The notes under the pieces were generated by a model. That model searched no databases, was not told the DNA's origin, and saw nothing but the letters and a program-made list of their open reading frames with translations. From assembly GCA_001643675.2 (NCBI GenBank), contig LSRY02000024.1, positions 62,001 through 126,000 of the forward strand: a stretch of DNA of 64,000 nt, in the 5' to 3' direction. Position numbers and translations under genes: made by a program. Of the stretch, positions 14,812 through 26,778 are shown one piece after another. The DNA comes from Monocercomonoides exilis PA203. Taxonomy: Eukaryota > Protista > Preaxostyla. Position 1 is the first letter of the stretch; every line of letters begins with the position of its first letter.

Positions 14812-17800
14812 CCCTCTATTTCTCCCCTCTCTTCCTGCTCCACTGCCTCTCAACGTGTCCTCACGCGCTCTCAAAGACATGAGCTAATCATGCAATTCAT
14901 CATGAATTATGGCCCTTTGAGCAGAAAATTCCGCATCTGCCCGTTTTCCCTCGAAAAGCCCATAAATCCGCTTTCTTTGGGATTTGAGATGGGGAAATTG
15001 TGGGAGAAGGAGAAAGGAAAAGTGAATGAGGAGTTTGAGAGATGGAAGATGTTGGATAGAAAGAAAGAGAATGAGAAGAAGAAGAGAAGAGAAAAAAGAA
15101 GAGAAGAAAAAGTGAATGAAACATCAAAAGATGTGATTCTTCAAGCAAATTCATCATCATCATCATCATGTTCTTCTCTGTCACCAAAATCCACCCAATT
15201 ATCACTCAAACAACACTCAATCCATCATCATCATCATCATTCTCATCATCTTCACTCACATAAAACTTCTCCTTCTCCTTCTCATTCTTCTTCTCATTCT
15301 TCTTCTATTTCATCATCAAAAACAACAAAATCAACTTTTATTTCTTCTTCTTCTTCTTCTCCATCATCTTCTGCACATTCTTCCTCTTCACATTCCTCAT
15401 CCTCTTCTTCTTCTTCTTCTTCTTCTTCTTCCTTCTCCTCTCTCCTTTCCTCTCCTTTCCTCTCCTTCTCTTCTCGCCACTCTCTTTTCCTCTCTTCTTT
15501 TGCTCTCTCAGAAGCAGTCAAACACCACTTCATCTCTCCCAACAGATACAGAGACAGATTCTCTTCGGTTTTCCCCTTTTATTTTTCTTCTCCTTCTTCT
15601 CTTTCTTCTTCTTCTTCTCTTTCTTCTTCTCTTTCTTCTCCTTTTATTTATCCTTCTCCTTCCTTTTCTTCCTCTTCTTCTTCCTCTTCTTCTTCTTCTT
15701 TTCTCTCTTCTCTTTCTCTCTCTTCCACTCAAAATTCTGCCATTTCCAGTTCTTTCTCTAAACTCCTCATAGGCTCCTCCCTCGCCCATGTATTTGATCC
15801 TAAGCCTTCTCATTCATCATCATCTTCTTCCTCTTCTTCTTCTTCTTCTTCCCCTTCTTCTTCTATTTATTCTTCCTCTTATAATTCTTCTTCTCTTTCT
15901 TCTTCTTCTTCTTCTTCTTCTCTTCCTCCTCTTCCTCCTCCTCCTCGCCCCATCCCTTCTCTCCTCTCCTTCGCTTACTCCACAAACAATCCTCCTCCTC
16001 CTTTCGCTTCTTCTTCTTCTCTCTCTTCTCTCTCTTCTTCTTCTTCTCTCTCTCCTCTCTCTTCTTCTTCTTCTCTCTCTTCATCATCTTCTTCTCCTCT
16101 TCTTCTTCCCACTTGCCCATTGTTCCTTGTTTCTGCACTGTTCTGCGGAAATTCCGAAAGCAGCGAAGACTTCCGTGTTTTGCAGGTGCTTAATTTGGCA
16201 TCACAAATCAAGAAACAAACAGACCGAAGAACAAACACAGAATTTGAGGAATTTGAAGAAGGATTTGGGAGTTCTAATGGATCTATTTCATCATCTTCTT
16301 CTTCCTCTTCTTCCTCTTCTTCCTCTTCTCTTTCTTCCTCCTCCTCCTCCTCTTCTTCTTCTGTTTTGTCTGCTCTTCCTCCTTCTTCTTTGACTTTCTC
16401 TCAGAAAACGGCCAAACTCATTCAAAATGCTGTTTTGTGCCACGAAAAGCTGAGCCAAAAGGAAGAAACACACAAAACAGATTTTTACTCGCTTTTGTCT
16501 CCAAAAAAGAAGAAGGACAATTCTTTGGCTTATTCTCCATTTCGATCATTGACTTCTTCTTCTTCTTCTTCTTCAATTTCTTCTTCCTCTTCTTCCTCTT
16601 CTTCTTCTCTTCCTTCTTCTTATGTTCCCTTTTCATCCCAATTGCCCGTCATTATTTGTGGAGACTTAACTTCTCATCGTTTTCCCTCAAAAACATCACA
16701 AAAACTGAAAATTTCTCAAAAAATAAGAAAAAACAAAGGAAATCCAAAAAAGCATAATAATAATAATAATAATAATAATAAATTTGCCTTTGAAAAAACC
16801 AATTCTCCATCTTCAAATTCTCCTTCTCTTTTCTCTCCTTACAAATTGAATCCTCAACCTTCTCTTCCTTCTCCTTCTCTTTCTCTTTCATCTTCTTCCC
16901 TTTCTTCTCCATTCTCTCCTTCTCCTTCTCCTTCTCTTCCTTCTCCTTCAGACACCATCCTCACCCAAACCGGCCTTGTTCTCACAAGCCATCCGTCTCT
17001 CTCTCATTCTGCTCTCCTTCATCGCATCCTGTCTTCCTTCTCTTCCACAAAATCCTCCTTTTCAGAAGCTCATATCCCCCTCTTCGCTTTTGCCACTTCT
17101 TCTTCTTCCTCTTCCTCTTCCTCCTCTTCTTCATCCTCCTCCTCATCTTCTTCTTCTTTAAATTCTTCCTCCCCATCTTCAATTAGAAATACTTCTGATA
17201 ACTCATCCTCTTCTTCTTCTCCTTCCTCTCCTTCTCTTAATCCTTCTTCTTCAATCAATTCTTCATTAAATTCCTCCTCTTCCTCCTCCTCCTCTTCTTC
17301 TCCATTCACTTCTGCTGGCTTAGATGCCTCTCTCACAATGTCCCCTGAACCTTTCCTCACAGAAACAATTAAACCAGATGAAATATTCAATATAAACACT
17401 CAAAATCTTTCTTCTTCTTCTCTTTCTTCTTCTCGCTTTTCTTCATCTTCTTCTCTTCTCTCCAATGAAATGTCTTTTGATCCGTCCAACTTTGGCTCGC
17501 CTTCTTCGCTCATTCCGTGGCTGCGCAGTTGGAACACCCCGCCACTCGAAATGAGAGACATGACAAGAAGAATAAGTGCAAGAAGAAGAAGAAGTAGAAG
17601 AAGAAGAATAGATGGTGGAAATGGAATAAAGAAGGTGAATGTAACGAAAAAGAAGGAGACACAGGATGAGGAAAAGAAGGAAAAGAAGGAAAAGAAAGAA
17701 GGAAAAGAAGAAGATGATGTTGGAATTGCATTTTCTTCGTTTGCTGAATTGGACAAAAACGGATTTTGGCGAAGAAGATGGTATGACGATTGGATGGAAG

Positions 17801-20800
17801 TTGATGACATGAGAGAAAGAGAAAAGGAAAGAGAAAAAGAGAGAGAAATGTTATTACAGAATTTGAATGAAAACTCTGTTAATTCTGATGTCTCACACAC
17901 AAAAGAACAGCAAATAGGACTGAAAAGTTGGAGTTCGCTTGATTCATTCAGAGAATCCGAGCAGAAAAACGGGAAAGAGCACATTTTGCGTGTTGTGGAA
18001 GAGAAGCTGAAGGAGAAGAGGAAGAAAGAGAGGGAAAACCAGAACGAGTGGGAGATCGTGGAAAATCGGGTGAAAAACAGAGAGATGAGGATCAAACGGA
18101 AGCAGAAGGAGCTGAAAAGGCTGGAGAGGTGTTTGGAGAGGGAGATGAGGCGGAAAGAGAAGGAGGAATTTATGCGGATGCTGAGAGACAAAGAGCCAGT
18201 GACGGAAGAGATGAAGGAGCAGATGGAGATCAAGAAGAAGCGGAGGAAGGAGAGAAAGAGGAGAAGGAGGAAGGCAAGGAAGGAGGAAGAAAGGAGAAGA
18301 AAAGAGGAGGAAGAAAAGAGGAGGAAGGAGGAGGAAGAAAGAAAGAAATGGAAGAGCTTACAAGGGAATACCCTGCAGCCAGTGAGAAATGGAGAGAAGT
18401 TGGAACAGAATGAATATGATTCAGATACATATGCAAAGAACACATCGTTTCCGCTTTCGATGGAATCATTGAGGCATTCGAATGAAGCAAATTTGAATAC
18501 AAGTATTTTGGATGGAGATGTGAGTTTAATAGGAATATGTGATAAGAAATATAATGAGGGATCAGACAATTATTCAGAAAGTGTAGATAATAACAATATT
18601 TTGAGAGAAGACGAAAATGAAGATGAAGAGAGAAGAGAAATGAAAAGGAAGAAAAATTATTTCAAAAAATTGAAAAAGAAAGAGATGAAAGAGAAAGATA
18701 CAGAAAAAAGTGAGATTGACATTGAACTTATTGAAGAAGAAGACGAAGACGAATTAGATCTGGAAATGGAATTAGAGTTGGAAAGAGAGTTGGAATTAGA
18801 AGATGAAGAAGAGGAAGAGGAAGAAGAAGAAGAGGAGGAGGAAGAGGAAGAACAATTCAATATGGAAGGAGAGATTGAAGACTCACTCAAAAGAAGAAGA
18901 AACAGTGATAGATGCGAAGAGAAAGAGGAAGTGAGCGATTATTCAAAGCAACATTTGTTGAATTGCAGCAAAAGCGACGAGAAAGAATATGGCTACGATG
19001 AAGAAGTTGGAAAAGAAGAAATAGATGAAGAAGAGGAAAAGAAAACCGCAAATTCTAAAATGGAAGAGAATGCTGATCAGAGAGATGAAGAGGATAAAAT
19101 GGGAAAAATGAAATTCAACGAAGATTGCAGGAATGGAGAGGAAGGAATTAAAGCAATGCATCAATTGAAAGAAGAAGATGATGATGAAGGAATAAAAAGA
19201 GAATGCAATGAAGAAAACAGTTCAACAATTTCCACATTCCCAATATCACCTTCTCCTTTAAATGAAGCTTTATCACCATCCACATCGTCTCCCCTGGATT
19301 CCGGTTTGCCAAGCGAAGTGAAAGTGAACACAGGCACAAAAAGCAAAGAAACAATGGAAAATGAAATTGCAGAGGATGATTCCACATTTACAAAAGTGCA
19401 ATCACAGGCACAACCGGTTGGAGCAATATTAACTCAGTCCTCTCCCCACACCCCGCTTTCTGTACGCTCTTCTATTTCCTTTTCTTTGAGGCATTCACCT
19501 GCTGCTGTTTCTATGCATTCCTTTGGCTCTCAGCCAGAATCAGCTTTTGCCTCTCCCTTGTCATCGCTTTCTTCCTCCTCTGCTTCCCCATTGACTCAGT
19601 CGGATACAAATGTACCGTCATCATCATCGAACTCTTCTGCTTTTTCTTCTGATTCCTCTTCCAGTTCTTCTTCACAGCTTACTCCGCCTTCTCGTTCACC
19701 TTTATCACTTTTTTCGGCTTCATCATCCTCAATGTCTTCCTCTTCCAGTTCCTCCCGCAAATTATCCTCGTTTTTCTTCCTTTCTCCATATTCTTCTTCT
19801 TCATCACCGCATTCAGAGCTTCGCCCTTTGTATTTCCAACCGTCGTTGCGTGAAAGACGGTCCCGCATTCACAACGAATTTGACAGGTTCAATTTTTGCA
19901 GACTGCTTTCTAAATTCAACATGCACCAGATTTGCTGTATATCACACCCGAAATACTTCTGTTTTCCAAATGTGGGAGTCAGTGGAACATGGTTTGGGAT
20001 TGATGACGAAGTGTTTGTGGGGATTGACTCTGCCTTGAAGAAAGAGGAGCTAACAAAGAAATGCCAAATGGACGAGACAAATAATAGATTCAACAAAGGG
20101 ATGTGCATTGAAAGCGATAATAATAATGATGAAAATAGCATATGTAACATCAAATGTGTCGAATCAGTTGAAGAAACATCAGAAGTACAAAGTGAGGATA
20201 AAGACAAAAAACAACAAATAAATTCTGAAAAAACACAAACAAATGAGTCAGATCATCCCATTTTGCCCTCAATTTCTTCCGCTTTATCTCTTTCTTCAAG
20301 CGCATCAAAAGATTGTGATTCAAAATCACCAAGCATTCATCCAATATCTCAGTCAAGGCAACACAAATCTCATTCTTCCAATGAATCGCCTTGCCCAGCA
20401 GCTATTTCTTTGCCTCTCAATGTATCCCATGACAAGCTGATTTCTTTTTCACCGTTTTATACCTCTCTCTCGTCTTTCAGGATGCTCTTTTGCTTGCACC
20501 AGAATAATGAATTACCAGAACCAACATTTTTCGCTGTTGACAAAAAGAACTCCACTTCTCGCTTTTGCAGTCCATTCACAATTATTCCGCACAAGTTGTT
20601 TCGATTATATTTCAGTCATTTTCTTCATCCACCATTTACTCAGTCTATTTTTGCAGTGTTTATTCCACTTCTCTTTCCGCCTCCTCTTTCAAATCTTAAT
20701 ATGAAATGTTCCTCTTTTGGTGCACACAAGCCATTCTCAAGCTCACGCAAAAGCAAATCATCAACTCTTGCTCTTTCTCATTCTCCCTCTCTTTTGTCTT

Positions 20801-22167
20801 CGTCAAACACGCACCCATTCACGTCTGCCACCTCTGGAATTATTTATTCTCCAACTGGTAGTGCACCATTGAATGCATCACAAATGAAACAATCCTCCGC
20901 TTTCACTCATTCTCACTCTTTTTCTAATTCCCTTCCTCCAATTTCTTTTTCCTCATTTGTTAAGCCTTTGACCATGAAAAACAGCACAAAACAGCTTTCA
21001 CCAACTTCATTTTCATTTTCTCCCTTGTCTTCAATTGAAATGTCATCTCCACATTCTTCTCTTAAAACTAATTCGTCCATCTCATCCAAGCAGTTTGATG
21101 AATCTCCCCAAATATTGAATGCCTTTTCTCTTTCACCCTCTCTTTCTGGCTTGCTTTCATCAACTGTTTCTGCTTTGGCATCTTCTTCCTCCTCCTCCTC
21201 AAAAGCTACAAAGAGAAACAAATCATCCTCAATCCGTGATTCTCGATTTCCGAATAGAAAGAGAGCAAAATTGTTTTTTTATTCGTCGCAGTTGTTCTCA
21301 TCATCATCTTCTATTTCAGACTCATTTTTGTGTCAGTCTTCTTCAAGGATCTATTTCCCATCCAGCCCATCTATAATCATCCAATCTCCGATGCAGTTTT
21401 GGGATGTTTGGGACTATGTGGGTTCTTCAGCTGCATTAACATCTTGCGCAATGCCATCCAATCTGAGAAGCTCTCAATACCCAGAGAAGAAGCATTCATC
21501 AGATGATTGTGCGAAATTGCCAACATTCACAACTTATCCCTCTGCCTTGGATGCATCACTTCTCAAAGCACCAACAAGCAACCAGATATTATGCTCCCAT
21601 CTTCTACATCCAGTTGCTTATATCCATTCTGAACTTAGTTTACTGCCTGCTTCAAGTGCATGTAAACAGATGAAAGCTGATCCATCAAATGAGTTAAGCT
21701 TTATCATTCCTCAATCTGATGCTCAGTTGGACTTTCACAATGAAGGTTCAAATTCGTCAATTCAGAATTTTTCTCATTCGTTCAGCAATTTGCAATCACG
21801 CTTGCACTTCAACAGCAATTCTTCTAATTTAAAGGAAGTAATGGTTGAAAATGATAATGAATGTGATTCTGAAACATTATTTAATCCTTTAAAGCTTCTC
21901 CAACTGGTACTTCCTTCCTCGATGTATGTATCTTCAAGAACAAACAGCTACGTTTCAACCTGTTCTTCAGAAAAACGAACAAACGATAATATTCATTTAC
22001 TAAGCTTGTCTTCTCCAGCGATTGCTGTCTTCCATCGCTATTGGGACCAACCATCTCATGCAACATCTCTTCTTTGCGAAGCAGCTGCAGCGAAAGTCGG
22101 CTCGATTGAAGAGTCTCAAGCAAAGTTAGCAGAGGAATCTAATGGGTGCATTGTCAAAGAATGCTAA
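9866..22167 (+). CDS. Giant (~4,060 aa) Ser/Glu-rich protein carrying dispersed, degenerate CCR4/PDE12-like (EEP) motifs; intron 10060-10115 and probable in-frame intron 10330-10380
   Basis: 12-kb stop-free ORF. Exon 1 (9866-10059) splices to give CCYIPTLADLGKRIRVE. Ordered motifs follow: SVLSFN, GHLIFFKREAFRLV, LFLVSALFCGN..SEDFRVLQV..L, PVIICGDLTS, WDVWDYVGSS, CSHLLHPVAY. CDS is confident; family call is moderate. Confidence 0.8.
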
Positions 22168-23039
22168 AGGAAGATATCTCCTGCTTTGAGAAAAAAAATA
22201 AAGATTGAAAAAATAATATGTTTTATTCTTTCATGTTTGTAAATAATCCAAAATAATGGAGATAAAGTCGAACGAAGTGAAAGTGAGTGAGCGCGTGAAG
22301 GAGAAAAAGAGTTGAAATTTATAATAATTTTCAATTGTTAAATGATTGTTTGAAATTTAATTTCTTTCTTTTTTTTTTTAATTTTGGACAAATAGAATAA
22401 TAACAGATAAAAACATGAAACATTGAATCCCGTTATTGTTTTTATCATATTCTAGGGATGAAAGGGCAAGATTAGATGGAATTGGAATAAGAATATTTTA
22501 TTGAAATAAAAATAATAATTCAAATAATCAGAGTTTATTCCAGATAACACCAGTACATTCGAATGAAAAAAATTTATTCCAGAAAGACCAAGTTTATTCC
22601 AATTAATCCCTCAACAAAAATATTTTATGATCTCTTTTCAGTATTTGATTTTCCACAAAATAAGAATACTTGATGATTAATAAAGTATATTAACTTAACG
22701 AAGTCCAATTCTGAAAACTGTTCTCCAGCAGTTATGGTCTCAAATAATTTTTAGAAAATCTTGTTTTCTGAACGAAAGAATTAAAGATAGATGAAATAAC
22801 AGATTCACAACAAATCACAAAGACTGTATTTTTGAAGATTTGAATATGGCATGTTGATATGATAAAAAATGGGTGAATTTTGACTCAATGAAAGAAGAAG
22901 CGTTAAGAAAGCGAGGAAATGGAGAACAATCCAATAATTATTCGGAGTATAAACTGGCAGAATTCTTATTAATTTAACACACAAAGCTGATTATGAAAAA
23001 GCTTTTCCTCTCGTAAATTTTCAGATTTTTCAATCTGTA

Positions 23040-23825
23040 TTGGAACAGAAAGTGGGAACGGGGAGAGCGCTTGTGTGTTTGAGTGTTTCTTCACTTCATG
23101 TACACTTTCGAGTACTGGAGGAGGAGGGATGTATTGTCACAATGTTCCAGCAGCATTCAAAATGAGGAGCCTCCAATTTATTTCTTGTTCGGCATATTCA
23201 CATGGCGGAGGATTGGATTTCAGGCCAGTTCAATCAATACCTCCCAGCAACAACATTTATTGCTATTTCTTCTTCTTCCATGATTGTAGTTGCAACGCTT
23301 CCACTCCATATGGCCACGATGTGTATTTTCAAGACAATAACAATCTCTTTTCGTCATACAACCCGTTCTACGAATCGTTCACAACGAATACAAATGATAA
23401 GAGAGTGTGCTATTTATACAATAGTTATCAACATACAGAAAAGAAGGAATGGTTGAAGGAAGGGATGAAGGATCGGTATGTTGGGGTGAATGGGAATGAC
23501 GCAAACAATCTGTGTGAGATGAGTGAGGCAGCACCTTGCAAGACAGTGGGACATGCGGTGGAGTCGAGCATGGAGCAGCTGAGCTCGACAATCACAGTGC
23601 TGAGTGGGAAGCATGTGAGCGAAGGGGCGACGATCAGTGTTGGGGAAAAGAAGATAATAATAACAGGGAAAGGGAAGACAGTGAGTGTGATTGGGACGAG
23701 TGCGTTTTCTATCTCTTCTACAACTCTGTTCAGCATATCTTCTGGTCAACTGGAGGCGGGGCATGAGGGGATCTATCACAACGCCATAAGAAGTTCATCG
23801 CCAAATATGTTTGCGATATCACTCT
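23040..23825 (+). pseudogene. Fragment of a beta-helix/adhesin-like surface protein family gene
   Basis: CFFTSC...GGGGMY, FISCSA.SHGGGL, PYGHDVYF, KKEWL..GMKDRYVGVNGNDANNLC..SE.APCKT motifs. No recognisable 5' part, and the sequence switches abruptly to unrelated Ser-rich DNA near 23825. Confidence 0.7.
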
Positions 23826-23829
23826 GGAA

Positions 23830-25435
23830 ACAGCAGGAAACATGCAGCAATCGAGCTCAGCTTTTTTGTTCATCTCCAATCTACCATTTTTCTCATTTGT
23901 GCAGCATTCTCTCATCTTCTGCTATATGTTTAGAATCCAGATTTCGTGGACAGGACAAGACAGACACTCCTTTCAGCAGCCAAAGATGGAAAATCTGGTT
24001 TTACTCAGTCTCCACTGATTTCTCTGTTGTTGTCGAAATCGCACTGTTCCTCCCCCGCCTCCCCGCCTTCTTCTTCCTCTCCTTCCTCTCCTCCTCCTCC
24101 TTCTTCTTCTTCTTCTTCTATTTCTTCTTCTGTTTCTTCTTCTTCTTCTTCTCCTTCTTCTGATTCATTAAACACTCAAATTTCACATCATTTCATTCCT
24201 ATTAGTTCAAAACAACATTCATCATCATCATCTTCTTCTTCTTCTTCTCCTCCTCCTCCTTCTTCTTCTTCTTCTTCTTCTTCTTCTTCTTCAACCTCTA
24301 CCTCTTTTTCTCCTTCTTCTTTTTCTTCTGCTTCTTCTTCATCTTCTTCCAAGTCTTTGATTTCTTCTTCGTCTTATCATTTCCCACCAACTGTGCCGTC
24401 TTCAACTTCGTGGCTATTTTCTTCTTCATCAATTCCTTTTCCAACTTTTTCAATGCCATTATCACTTTCTTTGCATTGGATCGGAATATCGACCTTTTGA
24501 TTCATTAAGGCTGTTCAATCGGAATCACAGACAAATTGAACCAAAAATTATTTCATTCACTTTTTATTCTCTCAACATCATCATAATCGTTATCGATGCC
24601 TTTAATAGTTTCACAAAAAATGCATCAGAACTGCTTTCCTCTTCTGCAGTGACGCATTCCGCTCTGCTTCAGATCTTCGTACAGCTTCAGCGCTCTGGCT
24701 GTTCTGAATGTGCTGAAGGGAGTGAATGAGGCGAATGTGCATCGAATGAGAAATGGAAGTGGAAGAGGGAAGGTGCTGTTAGGCTCATTGCGTTCATCTG
24801 CTCGCTTTATGACACCACCAAGAAGCGAAGAGAGAGGAGTGCAAATTCAAATGGAAGAAGCAAAGAACGCGGAGCGCAGATGCAAATTGAGCGCAGAGCA
24901 GAGCAAAGGGAGACAGAAGGAAGATCCAAATACGAAGACGAAACAGAAAGACGAATTTTGCACATTCAAAATTAAAGCTTTCGACCCAAGGCTTGCACAT
25001 GCAGCAACAGAAAGGAGGAGGAGGGACAGGGGAAGAGAAGAAGGAGGTGTTGATGAAGATGATCATCAGCAGACATTTTTCTCGTTCAATTGCACATCCT
25101 CATCTGCCCAGATGCACACTCAAAACATCACAGCCTCCTCGACAATCGCTTCCTCTTCTTTATCTCGCTTGCACCACATCCAGTCATCTGCCTCTTCTGT
25201 TCTTGTTGGAACACCTCCAAAGCCACTCACTCCTTCATCTCCTGCAACAGACACCTCTTCACTCACGCAGAAGTCCTTCGACATGACTAGCCCAAGCTCA
25301 GCTTCTTTATCGTCCATGCCTTCATTTTCCTCTCTTTCATTTTCCACCGCAAAGCATTCATTCATTGGGTTCAATCGTTCTCTAAATGCTGCAGTCAACA
25401 AAATTGCAAGGAATCTTCTAAAGCCAGTGAGATAG
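23830..25435 (+). pseudogene. Decayed 3' part of a Ser-rich hypothetical gene
   Basis: Ser-rich ORF pieces 23946-24500 and 24710-25435 with coding-like composition, broken by stops/frameshifts. No domain recognised. Confidence 0.4.
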
Positions 25436-26778
25436 CAGATAGCGGATGATGATGAGAAGTCATTCCCTTGGTGCAAATGGAATGACTCAAAAATAACTGG
25501 AACATCATTATCTGTAACTGATAGAGTTTCAAGTTGAGGGGCGAATAACATGAATAATCAGGTATCTGTAACAATTTCATTTAAATATTTTTCCTTTTTC
25601 AATTGGATATTGTTTTTGGTTTTTTTTTCCTAATTGATCATAAATGTGAAAAATATTCAGAAAAAATTACAAAAAAGAATTAACAAACATTGCGAAATGA
25701 TAAATTATATTTTGAAGCTCACTGCAGGTCTATTTTGATTGCTGTTATTATTTGCAAATCGAGGAATATTTTATATCATATTTCATTTTTCAAAACAATA
25801 CAAAAATTTTAAGGATCGTAAATCATTTTAACAAATCTAGTTAATTAAATGATATTTTACAAATGAATAAATAAATATTTTGAATAAATAAATGCTTTTT
25901 AAGAATGTGATTCAAGTGAATTTTTTTGAATACCACAATAAATTTTCTTTGAAAAAAGTTATTCCGAAAAGACAGAGTTTATTCCAATTAATTTTTTTAT
26001 TCCAATAAAAGTTATTTATTCCGAATAAACTTGTGACGATATTTTTTGCTTTATGAATTTTGTTCCATTCAGAGTTTCCGAATAAATTTCTCATTTTTTT
26101 TATTTTTCTAAACATTTTTGTATGAGAATGTTTGAGTTGTTATGATATGAAAGTGGAAAAAGATTGGAACAAATCCTTATTTTTTTCATAAAAGCAAGAA
26201 TTTTGTCCCACTTTGTTTATTTTAATAAGTTATTTTTTTTCTAATAAAACCTTTCCATTCCCATTAGATGAATTGCACAATTTTTGTGTAATTGTGAAAT
26301 TTTTGAAAAAATTTGAAATTCGTATATGTTATTGAAATAATCGAGTAATTTTGAAATTTTTCGGAAGAATTGAAAATAAGGCTGTTATTTTAAGTTCCAC
26401 CAACAAATTTCAAGTTTAATAAAATTGTGGGAAAATCTCAAATTTTTCTCAATTTTTTCCCCTTTTTAATACAACTGAAAAAATGAAAAAAAAATAAGTG
26501 TTTTATTAATTCAATTAAAAGAAACATTTATAATTGATTATATTCAACAATTTGTGGATGGAATAATTTTGATTCGTTGCAAAAAAAAGTTCGAAAAATT
26601 ATCTTGGAAGAGTTTGGAAAAACAGGAAATAACAAGTCACAGACATGTGATGAAAATGTTTAATTTGAGTGTATTTAATGATAACAAAGAAAACCTGACA
26701 TCACTTCTCATGAATTCAGATGACATGTTAAAAAAGCATTCAAATAAAAACTTTCAGAAAAAGAAACAATTGAGATAA

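Noticed and set aside
17400-18569. 389-aa antisense ORF and many other overlapping ORFs within the giant gene
   Set aside because: Expected antisense and alternate-frame openness of purine- or pyrimidine-skewed low-complexity coding DNA; no domain signal.
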